Below, in pieces: positions 10,715 through 19,824 of a stretch of 64,000 nucleotides of DNA (position 1 is its first letter; each line of letters opens with the position of its first letter). The notes beneath the pieces are model-generated. The model did not search any database and was not told the origin of the DNA. It was given only the letters and a program-made list of their open reading frames with translations. Source of the stretch: Aequorivita sp. (GTDB lineage Bacteria > Bacteroidota > Bacteroidia > Flavobacteriales > Flavobacteriaceae). The DNA is taken from contig JAUCCX010000001.1 of assembly GCA_034675805.1 (NCBI GenBank), positions 2,384,741-2,448,740 of the forward strand. The letters are read 5' to 3'. The translations under genes were made by a program, and so were the position numbers.

Positions 10715-11584
10715 TTAATAATATTCGTAAGTTGCTTGAGACAACAAAGTGCCATTTAGTTCAGTTCGGGAACTCACAGGATAATTTGAACTGTTATACT
10801 CATAAGAAGTAGTACTAACAAAATTTTCTAACGGGTCGCTTCCTGTTCGGGTTATTTTTGTGGCATTACTTGGGGAAATAAACAATGAATGCATAGATAA
10901 ATATCCATAATAGTCTATGTTGAAATGGAAGCTATGAAACTCTTCATAAAATGGATTTATTTTTCCGTCATATTCATACACATAATTAGATTCACTGTTT
11001 AAATAATCTGTGGTTACATTTAGCTTTGTAATATTGAAAGAACCATCATAGGTGATAACTTCATCACTGATGATTCCGAGATCTCCCTTATGTTTTACTG
11101 CCGTTAAAACTCCTGTGTTGTTATAATAAAACTCCGTTCGTTCCATTCCGGGGGTAAACCATTGCGCGTTGATTTGTTTGGTCTGATAGGTGAAGCTTAT
11201 GGAGTCAACATCAACACCGTCGTTATCCCGGTCTCTAAAAATTACATAAAGTTTGTTGTCTGAATTATAAATGTAATCTTCAACAAAATCAATGGGATAG
11301 TTAAGATGGTTGTGGGTCTTTTTAGTTACTTGTCCCAAATTGTTATAAGTATACTCCCAAACGTAATCGCCAGCCCCATCTTTAATATAATCTTTTGTTT
11401 TTTTGCCGTTTTCATCGAAATAATAATCCCTCATTTCACCATTGGGAGTTCCGTTTGCGTCAAAAGATATGCTCGTGTATTTTTTTATTTTTAGTTCTTG
11501 CGGGGTTTCTGGCCCGACATTATCATCATTGGAACACGCCAACAACAATAAACTAGCTGTAAAAACGAATAGAATATTTTTCAT
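10715..11584 (-). CDS. Hypothetical lipoprotein
   Basis: It has the lipobox LLLLACSNDD and YD-like repeats rich in Tyr/Asn/Asp. I recognise no family. Confidence 0.55.
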   Translation of the reverse strand: MKNILFVFTASLLLLACSNDDNVGPETPQELKIKKYTSISFDANGTPNGEMRDYYFDENGKKTKDYIKDGAGDYVWEYTYNNLGQVTKKTHNHLNYPIDFVEDYIYNSDNKLYVIFRDRDNDGVDVDSISFTYQTKQINAQWFTPGMERTEFYYNNTGVLTAVKHKGDLGIISDEVITYDGSFNITKLNVTTDYLNSESNYVYEYDGKINPFYEEFHSFHFNIDYYGYLSMHSLFISPSNATKITRTGSDPLENFVSTTSYEYNSSNYPVSSRTELNGTLLSQATYEYY

Positions 11585-11587
11585 AAT

Positions 11588-13033
11588 TTAGTGGCTTTCT
11601 GAATAACCAACCGCTTCGCCGATTAGTGTAGCCGTAGTGCACTCGTTTATTTTTACAAGTACAAAATCTCCAGCTTTATAATTTCCTTTTGGAAAGACGG
11701 CAACAGTGTTGTGCTGCGTTCTGCCGCTCCATTCACCTTTATCCTTTTTCGATTCTTTTTCAATCAAAACTGTAACGGTTTTTCCTAAAGATTCTGCCGT
11801 GCGGATGGCGCTATGTTTTTGTTGGAGAGCCACAATCTCTGTCAATCTTCTACTTTTTGTCTCTTCCGGGACATCATCTTCCAGTTTTCTGGCTGCCATT
11901 GTTCCGGGTCTTTCAGAATATTTGTACATATAACCAAAGTCATATTTAACGTATTCCAAGAGGCTCAAGGTTTCTTGGTGGTCTTCCTCTGTTTCGGTTG
12001 GGAAGCCAATAATCAAGTCTTGAGAAATAGAGCAGCCAGGAATGATTTCCCAAATCTTGTCAATCAGTTTTATATACTCCTCACGAGTATGCTGACGGTT
12101 CATTTCCTTTAAAATCCGAGTGCTTCCACTTTGAACTGGAAGGTGTATATGGTTGCAAATGTTTTCATATTTGGCAACGGTGTGCAAAACGTCTTCACCC
12201 ATATCCTGAGGATTGCTAGTTGAGAAACGAATACGCATATTGGGTTGAGCTTCTGCGACCATAGCTAGCAATTGTGCGAAGCCTGTCGCTGTGGCCTGTT
12301 GCATTTCGGAGGCGGTTTTAAAATCTTTTTTTAGGCCGCCACCGTACCACAAATAACTATCTACGTTTTGACCTAGCAGTGTGATTTCTTTATAGCCTTT
12401 TTCGCCCAAATCATTTACTTCTGCTAAAATACTATGCGGATCACGGCTGCGTTCGCGCCCTCTTGTAAAGGGTACAACACAGAAAGTACACATATTATCA
12501 CACCCACGAGTTATACTTACATAGGCGGTAATTCCATTTCCTCCCAATCTCACAGGCGATATGTCTCCGTAGGTTTCCTCTTTCGAAAGGATTACGTTGA
12601 CTGCATCGCGGCCTTCTTCAACTTCTTTAAGTAAATTGGGAATGTCTTTATACGCATCTGGTCCCACAACTAAATCGACTATTTTTTCTTCTTCTAGAAA
12701 TTTTTCTTTTAGTCTTTCTGCCATACAACCTAAGACGCCGACTTTCATTTTTGGATTGATGCGTTTTACAGCATTAAATTTTTCAAGTCGTTTACGAATG
12801 GTTTGCTCAGCCTTATCACGAATTGAACAAGTGTTTATCAAAACAAGGTCCGCCTCTTCAAGAGAATCTGTAGTATTATACCCTTGGTCGGCCAAAATGG
12901 AAGCTACGATTTCACTGTCGCTAAAATTCATTGCGCATCCATAGCTTTCTAAATATAATTTTTTGGGATTTTCATCGCGAGCCTCGAGTGTTAGCGCATT
13001 TCCCTGTGTATTTTCGTCAATTATCTTTTCCAT
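11588..13033 (-). CDS. miaB: tRNA-2-methylthio-N6-dimethylallyladenosine synthase MiaB
   Basis: It has ESYGCAMN, the radical-SAM motif CDNMCTFCVVP and a C-terminal TRAM domain. I chose the start at MEKIIDE (ATG at 13033) over the TTG at 13090. Confidence 0.93.
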   Translation of the reverse strand: MEKIIDENTQGNALTLEARDENPKKLYLESYGCAMNFSDSEIVASILADQGYNTTDSLEEADLVLINTCSIRDKAEQTIRKRLEKFNAVKRINPKMKVGVLGCMAERLKEKFLEEEKIVDLVVGPDAYKDIPNLLKEVEEGRDAVNVILSKEETYGDISPVRLGGNGITAYVSITRGCDNMCTFCVVPFTRGRERSRDPHSILAEVNDLGEKGYKEITLLGQNVDSYLWYGGGLKKDFKTASEMQQATATGFAQLLAMVAEAQPNMRIRFSTSNPQDMGEDVLHTVAKYENICNHIHLPVQSGSTRILKEMNRQHTREEYIKLIDKIWEIIPGCSISQDLIIGFPTETEEDHQETLSLLEYVKYDFGYMYKYSERPGTMAARKLEDDVPEETKSRRLTEIVALQQKHSAIRTAESLGKTVTVLIEKESKKDKGEWSGRTQHNTVAVFPKGNYKAGDFVLVKINECTTATLIGEAVGYSESH

Positions 13034-13536
13034 AAAATCAATATTCAATGTAAATTGAGATCCTAAGTCATTGAACTGGCAAAGATACAATTAATTGCTA
13101 ACGGTGACAAAGTGTCATATTTTTTTCCTGAAAGATAAGGAGAACTAGGGGTTAGAAAGAGAAGTGGCTGAATGTTCAGCACTTTAGCCCCCTTTTTTGC
13201 CAGAATAATTTCATTAAAATTAGAAATGTGTTGCGTTGGAAGTCCTTTGTTTACTGATGCTCTGGGCGTTTTATCTTAAAAAATTTAAGCTCTTTGTAAA
13301 ATCCGCTTATTTTTGCCGTATATTAGTCTTTGTTATCTTGTTAAAAGAGCGGCGATACTTAAACCGAGATTTTCTTTCTCAGTAGTGTTCTTTTTGATTA
13401 CTAGTTTTTTCATTTAAATTACCCTGCTGGCATATCTTGTTCGATTAATCGGGCTGGAGTAGCACAGGCCTGCTATTTTTATGTTGAACAGCTTGTAATT
13501 TACCCATCCATCATCCATAATTTACCCGAGGTTAAT

Positions 13537-13575
13537 CCGGACCCGACCCGGACCTGACCCGGACCTGACCCAGAC
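13537..13575. repeat. 11-bp tandem repeat, about 3.5 copies (CCGGACCYGAC)
   Basis: The sequence is CCGGACCCGAC CCGGACCTGAC CCGGACCTGAC CCAGAC. It is a GC-rich islet inside an AT-rich intergenic region of about 870 bp. Confidence 0.9.
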
Positions 13576-13853
13576 TTTTATGGGAGTATTTATGGTTATT
13601 AGATGGAGTTGAGATATGTTTAGTGATTAATACTGATGAATTTGGCTTTTTTTCATTTCATTAATATTAATGTAGTTCTATTTTTTATTTATATTCTAAG
13701 GGTGTTTTTGAAGAATTGCTATTTTCTAAAAGTATTGGAATTTGTTATCAAAATGTTTCCATTGCAATTTTTTTTCTAATTTATTTTCCCATAAAACACT
13801 GTAATTTCAGCACCTAATCGGACAAATGTAGCTCGATTTTGAGAATTGAGAAA

Positions 13854-13882
13854 TTGCGTATTAAAAAATTCATATACTTTTG
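13854..13882 (+). promoter_or_regulatory. Candidate Bacteroidota-type promoter of topA
   Basis: TTG (13854-13856), then 18 nt, then TACTTTTG (13875-13882), which matches the TAnnTTTG -7 consensus. It lies about 20 nt upstream of the topA ATG. Confidence 0.45.
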
Positions 13883-13902
13883 CAATCATAACAATATAGG
13901 AT

Positions 13903-16416
13903 ATGGCAAAGAATTTAGTGATAGTTGAGTCTCCAGCAAAAGCAAAAACCATTGAAAAGTTTCTTGGGAAGGATTTCAAAGTTTCCTCGAGTTTTGGGCA
14001 CATTGCAGATCTTCCGTCCAAGGAATTGGGCGTAGATGTAGAAGGGGATTTCACACCTAAATATATAGTGAGCAGCGACAAGAAAAAGTTGGTGGCAGAG
14101 TTAAAAGCACTTTCTAAAAAAGCCGAGATGGTTTGGTTAGCAAGTGATGAGGACCGAGAGGGAGAGGCAATTGCGTGGCATTTAGCTGAAGAATTAAAAT
14201 TGGATAAGGACAAAACCAAGCGAATTGTTTTTCACGAGATCACGAAATCTGCTATTTTAAAAGCAATTGAAAACCCACGCCAGATTGATTATAATTTGGT
14301 CAATGCACAACAAGCACGTCGAGTTTTAGACCGTTTAGTAGGGTATGAGCTTTCGCCTGTGCTTTGGAAAAAAGTGAAGGGGGGGTTATCTGCAGGTCGT
14401 GTACAATCTGTTGCTGTGCGATTGATTGTGGAGCGCGAGCGGGAAATAGAAGTTTTCAATCCAGTTGGTTCTTACAGGATTGATGCAGAATTTACCACAC
14501 TTGATGGGAGTAAGTTTAAAGCGAAACTTCCAAAGAACTTTGACACAGAAGAAGAGGCACGTGAGTTTCTTCGGAAGAATTTAGGTGCTAATTACAAGAT
14601 TTCGGACCTAACCAAAAAGCCTGCGACCAAATCGCCTGCCGCGCCTTTTACCACTTCAACATTACAACAGGAAGCAGCGCGTAAATTGTATTTTTCGGTT
14701 GGAAAAACGATGACCATCGCACAGCGTCTTTATGAAGCTGGACTTATAACTTATATGCGTACTGACAGTGTGAATCTTTCCAATGACGCCAAAAGCGCCG
14801 CACAAAAAGAAATTACTTCATCCTACGGCAAGGAATACAGCAAACCCCGCGATTATAAAGGAAAAACAAAAGGAGCTCAGGAAGCTCACGAGGCCATTCG
14901 TCCAACTGATATGAGCCAACACACTATTACCGGTGACAGTGACCAAGCGCGTTTGTATGATTTAGTTTGGAAACGAACTTTAGCTTCGCAAATGAGCGAT
15001 GCCCAATTGGAACGTACCAACGTAAAAATTGATGTACTTTCCAAGGAAAAAGTTTCAGAACATTTCAGTGCAAATGGGGAAATGATAAAATTTGATGGGT
15101 TTTTAAAAGTGTATTTGGAAGGAACCGATTTTGAGGAAGAAGAGCAGGAGGGAATGCTTCCGAATATGAAGAATGGCGATTCACTTCAGAATAATTACAT
15201 TACCGCTACCGAACGATTTACACGGCCGCCGTATCGATATACAGAGGCTTCTTTAGTAAAGCAATTGGAAGAGCTTGGTATTGGCCGACCTTCAACCTAT
15301 GCGCCGACTATTTCTACAATCATCGGTAGAAATTATGTTGAAAAGGGAACTGTGGAAGGAGTTGAGCGACACTATCTTCAGCTTACCCTTCAGAAAGAAA
15401 ATATTAAGGATAAAACTTTGACCGAAACCGTTGGGTCGGATAAGGGAAAATTAGTTCCCACAGATATTGGAATGATTGTGAATGACTTTTTGGTAGAGCA
15501 TTTTGAAAATATTCTCGACTATAACTTCACTGCCAAAGTAGAGCAAGATTTTGATGACATTGCTGAAGGAAAGGAAGAGTGGACGAAGATGATGAAAGAT
15601 TTTTACGCCAACTTCCATCCACGAGTTGCAGATGTTGAAGAAAACGCTGATCGTGAAAGTGGGGAGCGTATTCTTGGGGAAGATCCGGAAACTGGAAGAA
15701 CAGTTTTAGTGCGTCTTGGGAAATATGGCCCCATGGCACAGATTGGTGCTCCAGACGATGAAGAGAAAAAATTTGCAAGTCTTCGCCCAGATCAGCAATT
15801 GCATTTGGTTACCTTTGAGGAAGTGATGGATCTTTTTAAGCTTCCTAAGACTTTGGGGATTTATGATAAAGAGGAAGTTGAGGTTAACAATGGTCGTTTT
15901 GGTCCTTATGTACGCTTCGGAAAAATCTTTATCTCACTTCCAAAGGGGATGGATCCATTGGATGTTGATATGGCATTTGCAAAGGAGTTAATTGAAGAGA
16001 AGAAAAAGGCTGACGCACCTATATATATGCATGAGGATTTACCCGTGCAAAAAGGTGTTGGGCGTTTTGGGCCATTCATAAAATGGAATAATATGTTCAT
16101 TAATGTGAGCAAGAAGTACGATTTTGATAATCTTTCCAATAAAGATATTGTCGAGTTGATTGAGGATAAGAAACAGAAAGAAATCGATAAACTTATCAAC
16201 GAGTGGCCAGAGGAAAAAATTAGAATCGAAAAGGCCCGTTGGGGACGTTTTAACTTGATTAAAGGAAAAACGAAGATAGAGCTGCCAAAAGGCACTGAAG
16301 CTGATAAAATAAGCTTAGAGGAGGCAAAAAATCTTCTTGAGAAGAAAAGTCCGAAAAAGAAAGCTGTCGCCAAAAAGAAAACAACTACTAAGAAAGCACC
16401 AGTCAAGAAAAAATAA
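13903..16416 (+). CDS. topA: DNA topoisomerase I
   Basis: It has the TOPRIM N-terminus LVIVESPAKAKTIEKFLG, the active-site region ITYMRTDS, and a Lys-rich C-terminal tail. Length is 837 aa. Confidence 0.97.
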   Translation: MAKNLVIVESPAKAKTIEKFLGKDFKVSSSFGHIADLPSKELGVDVEGDFTPKYIVSSDKKKLVAELKALSKKAEMVWLASDEDREGEAIAWHLAEELKLDKDKTKRIVFHEITKSAILKAIENPRQIDYNLVNAQQARRVLDRLVGYELSPVLWKKVKGGLSAGRVQSVAVRLIVEREREIEVFNPVGSYRIDAEFTTLDGSKFKAKLPKNFDTEEEAREFLRKNLGANYKISDLTKKPATKSPAAPFTTSTLQQEAARKLYFSVGKTMTIAQRLYEAGLITYMRTDSVNLSNDAKSAAQKEITSSYGKEYSKPRDYKGKTKGAQEAHEAIRPTDMSQHTITGDSDQARLYDLVWKRTLASQMSDAQLERTNVKIDVLSKEKVSEHFSANGEMIKFDGFLKVYLEGTDFEEEEQEGMLPNMKNGDSLQNNYITATERFTRPPYRYTEASLVKQLEELGIGRPSTYAPTISTIIGRNYVEKGTVEGVERHYLQLTLQKENIKDKTLTETVGSDKGKLVPTDIGMIVNDFLVEHFENILDYNFTAKVEQDFDDIAEGKEEWTKMMKDFYANFHPRVADVEENADRESGERILGEDPETGRTVLVRLGKYGPMAQIGAPDDEEKKFASLRPDQQLHLVTFEEVMDLFKLPKTLGIYDKEEVEVNNGRFGPYVRFGKIFISLPKGMDPLDVDMAFAKELIEEKKKADAPIYMHEDLPVQKGVGRFGPFIKWNNMFINVSKKYDFDNLSNKDIVELIEDKKQKEIDKLINEWPEEKIRIEKARWGRFNLIKGKTKIELPKGTEADKISLEEAKNLLEKKSPKKKAVAKKKTTTKKAPVKKK

Positions 16417-17579
16417 TGATAGAATTTTTAGTCCCCGTTTCTAAAAAAGTATTGGCGTATCGTGAGTTTTTACCAATAGGAACATTGGGAAAGCAAATTG
16501 AAGTCCAGGCTAAGGCGGGAGAATTACCTAATTTAAAGAACGTAAAGTTTGCAATCCTTGGAATTAAGGAAAATCGCACAGATGTTGATTTTATGGGAGG
16601 AGAAGTTTGCTTTGATGGTTACCGAAAAGCACTGTATTCGTTATATCCCGGAAATTGGAATTACAAAATAATTGATCTCGGAGATATAGAAAGAGGTGCA
16701 ACTCCAGAAGACACGCGTTTTGCGGCTAAAGAAGTGATAGCTGCTTTGATAGATAAAAACATAGTCCCTCTAATTCTGGGTGGTAGTCAAGATATGGCTT
16801 ATGCTCAATATCGAGCCTATGATGGACGTGGAGAAATGGTGAATGTGGTAAATATAGACAACCGTTTTGACCTTGGAAATGCTGACTTACCTATCTCCAA
16901 CAAATCATATGTTGGAAAAATGGTGGTGGATCAGCCCTATAATCTTTTTAATTATAGCGTACTTGGTTACCAATCATTTTTTAATGCGCCTCAAGAGATC
17001 GCCTTGATGGACAAATTGTTCTTTGATGCTTATAGATTAGGGGAGGTTTCTTCAGATATTACAGTTGTAGAACCTGTCTTGCGTGATGCTGATATGGTTA
17101 CCTTGGATGTTACCGCAATAAAAAGTGCAGAATTAAGTTATAAAAATAATGACAGTCCAAATGGCTTTGATGGACGAGAGATTTGTGCTATTTCACGCTA
17201 TGCAGGAATTAGCAATAATGTAAAATCTTTTGGGGTTTTTGAGCTTAGTGATTCCATTGAAAGTAAGAGTGGAGTGATGCTCGTTGCCCAGATAATCTGG
17301 TATTTCATTGAGGGTTTCAATTTTAGAATGGAAGATGACGATTTTGAAAATGAAAGACTTTTCACCTCCTATAAAGTACCAATTGAGGATGATGTTTTAG
17401 AGTTTAGAAAGAGTAATAAAACAGAAAGATGGTGGATTGTTTTGCCATTTCTTTCAAATGTTAATAATAAATTAAAAAGGCGTACGTTATTACCTTGCAC
17501 TTATGGCGAATATTTGAGTGCGTGTAATCAGGAAATTCCTGAGCGGTGGTTAAAGGCCCGCCACAAGAATGAAGTATAA
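16416..17579 (+). CDS. Arginase/formimidoylglutamase-fold family protein (metal-ligand motifs look degenerate)
   Basis: Size and pattern (..PLILGGSQDMAY.., ..VVNIDNRFDLG.., ..MVTLDVTAIKS..) align by eye with the ureohydrolase motifs GGDHS / DAHxD / SxDxDxxDP. The start overlaps the topA stop (TAATG). Confidence 0.6.
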   Translation: MIEFLVPVSKKVLAYREFLPIGTLGKQIEVQAKAGELPNLKNVKFAILGIKENRTDVDFMGGEVCFDGYRKALYSLYPGNWNYKIIDLGDIERGATPEDTRFAAKEVIAALIDKNIVPLILGGSQDMAYAQYRAYDGRGEMVNVVNIDNRFDLGNADLPISNKSYVGKMVVDQPYNLFNYSVLGYQSFFNAPQEIALMDKLFFDAYRLGEVSSDITVVEPVLRDADMVTLDVTAIKSAELSYKNNDSPNGFDGREICAISRYAGISNNVKSFGVFELSDSIESKSGVMLVAQIIWYFIEGFNFRMEDDDFENERLFTSYKVPIEDDVLEFRKSNKTERWWIVLPFLSNVNNKLKRRTLLPCTYGEYLSACNQEIPERWLKARHKNEV

Positions 17580-17693
17580 TCAAACAATACAAGTAAAAGC
17601 GAGGTTCTGCGGTTTTTCAAAAAAAAAATTGTTTTTTTGAAAATTTATAGATAGGTTTACGCCCTTGAATCCCGAAATTTAACCTAAATACCT

Positions 17694-19067
17694 ATGAAGA
17701 AGTTTATTGCATTGACTGCGATCGTTGCCTTTTTGTTCAGTTGTAACTCTGGAGACCGGGGAGAACTGGTTGGGGCAAAGGGTAAAAAATGGTATCCACA
17801 AAAACCTTACGGAATGACGCTTGTCCCAGGTGGATCCTTCATTATGGGTAAAAGTGACGACGATTTTGTTGCCGTTAACGACGCGCCGACCAAAACCGTT
17901 ACTGTTCGATCTTTCTATATGGATGAGACCGAAATAACTAATTCTGAATACCGTCAATTTGTAAATTGGGTTCGAGATTCTACCGTAAGATTACGTTTGG
18001 CTATTATGGCTGATGAGGAAGGTGCGACTCCAGGTGATGGAGGTATTGGTGAATTTGCCTTCGTTGACCAAGAAAATGAAGAAATGACTCCGTACCAACA
18101 GTATATGTATGACAACTACTTTGGAATGGGGGAGGACTATTATGCTGGTAGAAAGCTCAACAGTAAGGTGAAACTAATATGGGATACCTCAAAGTATCCA
18201 GATGCATCTTATTCTGAAGTGATGGACACTATGTACATTCCTATAGAAGAAGCGTATAATGGTCAGCGCACCATTGATGTTGATAAATTGAATTTCCAGT
18301 ATACGTATATGGATATTGAAGCTGCAGCTCGCGACAATACTAAACGAAGAAAAGATTTCATCAAGAAAGAAGAATTGAATATTTATCCAGACACAACTGT
18401 ATGGATTAAGGATTTCAATTACTCCTATAATGAGCCCATGCATAATGATTATTTCTGGCACGAAGCCTATGGAGATTATCCTGTAGTTGGTGTATCCTGG
18501 AAACAGGCAAAGGCTTTTTGTGCGTGGAGAACTTTATATAAGAATTCATATCAAAAATCTAAGAAACGTAATCACGTAAACTCTTTCCGTCTTCCGGGTG
18601 AAGCAGAATGGGAGTATGCGGCTCGTGGTGGTCTGCAATCTGCAACTTATCCGTGGGGTGGTCCTTACGCCAAAAATGACAGAGGATGTTTTATGGCTAA
18701 CTTTAAGCCACTGCGTGGTGACTATGCTGCAGATCAAGCACTTTATACTGTAGAGGCTAAGTCTTATGAGCCGAATGATTACAACCTGTACAATATGGCA
18801 GGAAACGTAGCCGAATGGGTAGCTTCTTCTTATGACCCAGCTTCTTATGACTACACGTCTACTATGAACCCTAACGTGAACGATCCTAACAATATGCGTA
18901 AGGTGGTTCGTGGAGGTTCTTGGAAAGATGTAGCTTACTTTCTTCAAGTTAGTACCCGTGATTATGAATATGCAGATTCTGCCAGAAGCTATATTGGTTT
19001 CAGAACTGTCCAGGATTATATGGGTACCGATATTACTTTAAACCAAAATTTCGGCGACGCTCGCTAA
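17694..19067 (+). CDS. gldK: Gliding motility / T9SS lipoprotein GldK (SUMF1/FGE-domain)
   Basis: It has the lipobox AFLFSCNSG and FGE-sulfatase-type motifs (YPVVGVSWKQAKAFCAW, RLPGEAEWEYAARGG, RGGSW). It is followed by gldL, gldM and gldN. Confidence 0.9.
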   Translation: MKKFIALTAIVAFLFSCNSGDRGELVGAKGKKWYPQKPYGMTLVPGGSFIMGKSDDDFVAVNDAPTKTVTVRSFYMDETEITNSEYRQFVNWVRDSTVRLRLAIMADEEGATPGDGGIGEFAFVDQENEEMTPYQQYMYDNYFGMGEDYYAGRKLNSKVKLIWDTSKYPDASYSEVMDTMYIPIEEAYNGQRTIDVDKLNFQYTYMDIEAAARDNTKRRKDFIKKEELNIYPDTTVWIKDFNYSYNEPMHNDYFWHEAYGDYPVVGVSWKQAKAFCAWRTLYKNSYQKSKKRNHVNSFRLPGEAEWEYAARGGLQSATYPWGGPYAKNDRGCFMANFKPLRGDYAADQALYTVEAKSYEPNDYNLYNMAGNVAEWVASSYDPASYDYTSTMNPNVNDPNNMRKVVRGGSWKDVAYFLQVSTRDYEYADSARSYIGFRTVQDYMGTDITLNQNFGDAR

Positions 19068-19129
19068 CCCCTGATTTACTATACTAAAATAACCTTAACT
19101 AAAACTCTCAACTAAAAATTTTATTTATT

Positions 19130-19783
19130 ATGGCACAAGCAAAATCATCTAAAAAACTATTTAACATGGCCTATGGCCTAGGAGCATCCGTTGTAATTTT
19201 AGGAGCTCTTTTCAAAATTCTTCACTGGGAGATAGGACCTTTGAACGGGGGAATCCTTTTGGCAGTTGGTCTTATTACTGAGGCTATTATTTTCGCTATC
19301 TCCGCTTTTGAACCTGTAGATGACGATTTAGATTGGTCTTTGGTTTATCCTGAATTGGGTGGTGGTGCTGCATCTGCAAGAAAAGCAGTTAAGGAACAGC
19401 CAGAAGAGGCACAAGGACTTTTGTCTAAGAAATTGGATGAGATGCTAAAAGATGCTCGTATTGATTCTGAATTAATGAACAGTCTTTCAACTAGTATCCG
19501 TTCTTTTGAAGGGGCTACAAAAAGTATGGCTCCTACTGCTGAGGCAATGAGTTCTACTAAGAAATACAGCGAGGAAATGGCTCTTGCTGCTGCACAAATG
19601 GATTCATTGAACAGTTTGTACAAAGTACAGATAGAATCAACAAGTCGCCAAGCAGAAGCAAACGAAAGAGTTGCTGAAAATGCGGAACAACTAAAACAAC
19701 AAATGCAGCATTTAGCTACCAACCTTTCTTCATTGAACGGTGTTTATGGCGGTATGCTTTCTGCAATGACAACAAGAAACTAA
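19130..19783 (+). CDS. gldL: Gliding motility / T9SS protein GldL
   Basis: The N-terminus FNMAYGLGASVVILGALFKILHWEIGPL...AIIFAISAFEP matches my memory of F. johnsoniae GldL. It has two TM helices and a cytoplasmic coiled region. Confidence 0.9.
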   Translation: MAQAKSSKKLFNMAYGLGASVVILGALFKILHWEIGPLNGGILLAVGLITEAIIFAISAFEPVDDDLDWSLVYPELGGGAASARKAVKEQPEEAQGLLSKKLDEMLKDARIDSELMNSLSTSIRSFEGATKSMAPTAEAMSSTKKYSEEMALAAAQMDSLNSLYKVQIESTSRQAEANERVAENAEQLKQQMQHLATNLSSLNGVYGGMLSAMTTRN

Positions 19784-19824
19784 TAGGTTTTCACCTTAAT
19801 TATTAATCTTTAAATAGAATAAAA

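Noticed and set aside
13537-13575. Considered whether the short repeats were a CRISPR array or part of one
   Set aside because: The units are 11 bp, directly abutting with no spacers, and only about 3.5 copies are present. I see no cas genes and no CRISPR-like arrays anywhere in the window.
13776-14219. 147-aa minus-strand ORF overlapping the topA start
   Set aside because: It overlaps the conserved TOPRIM N-terminus of topA on the other strand. It has no motifs and its composition is Ser/Phe-rich.
15906-16406. 166-aa minus-strand ORF in the 3' end of topA
   Set aside because: It is the antisense of the Lys-rich topA tail. A/T-rich codons keep the reverse frame open, and the product is Phe/Ser-rich low complexity.
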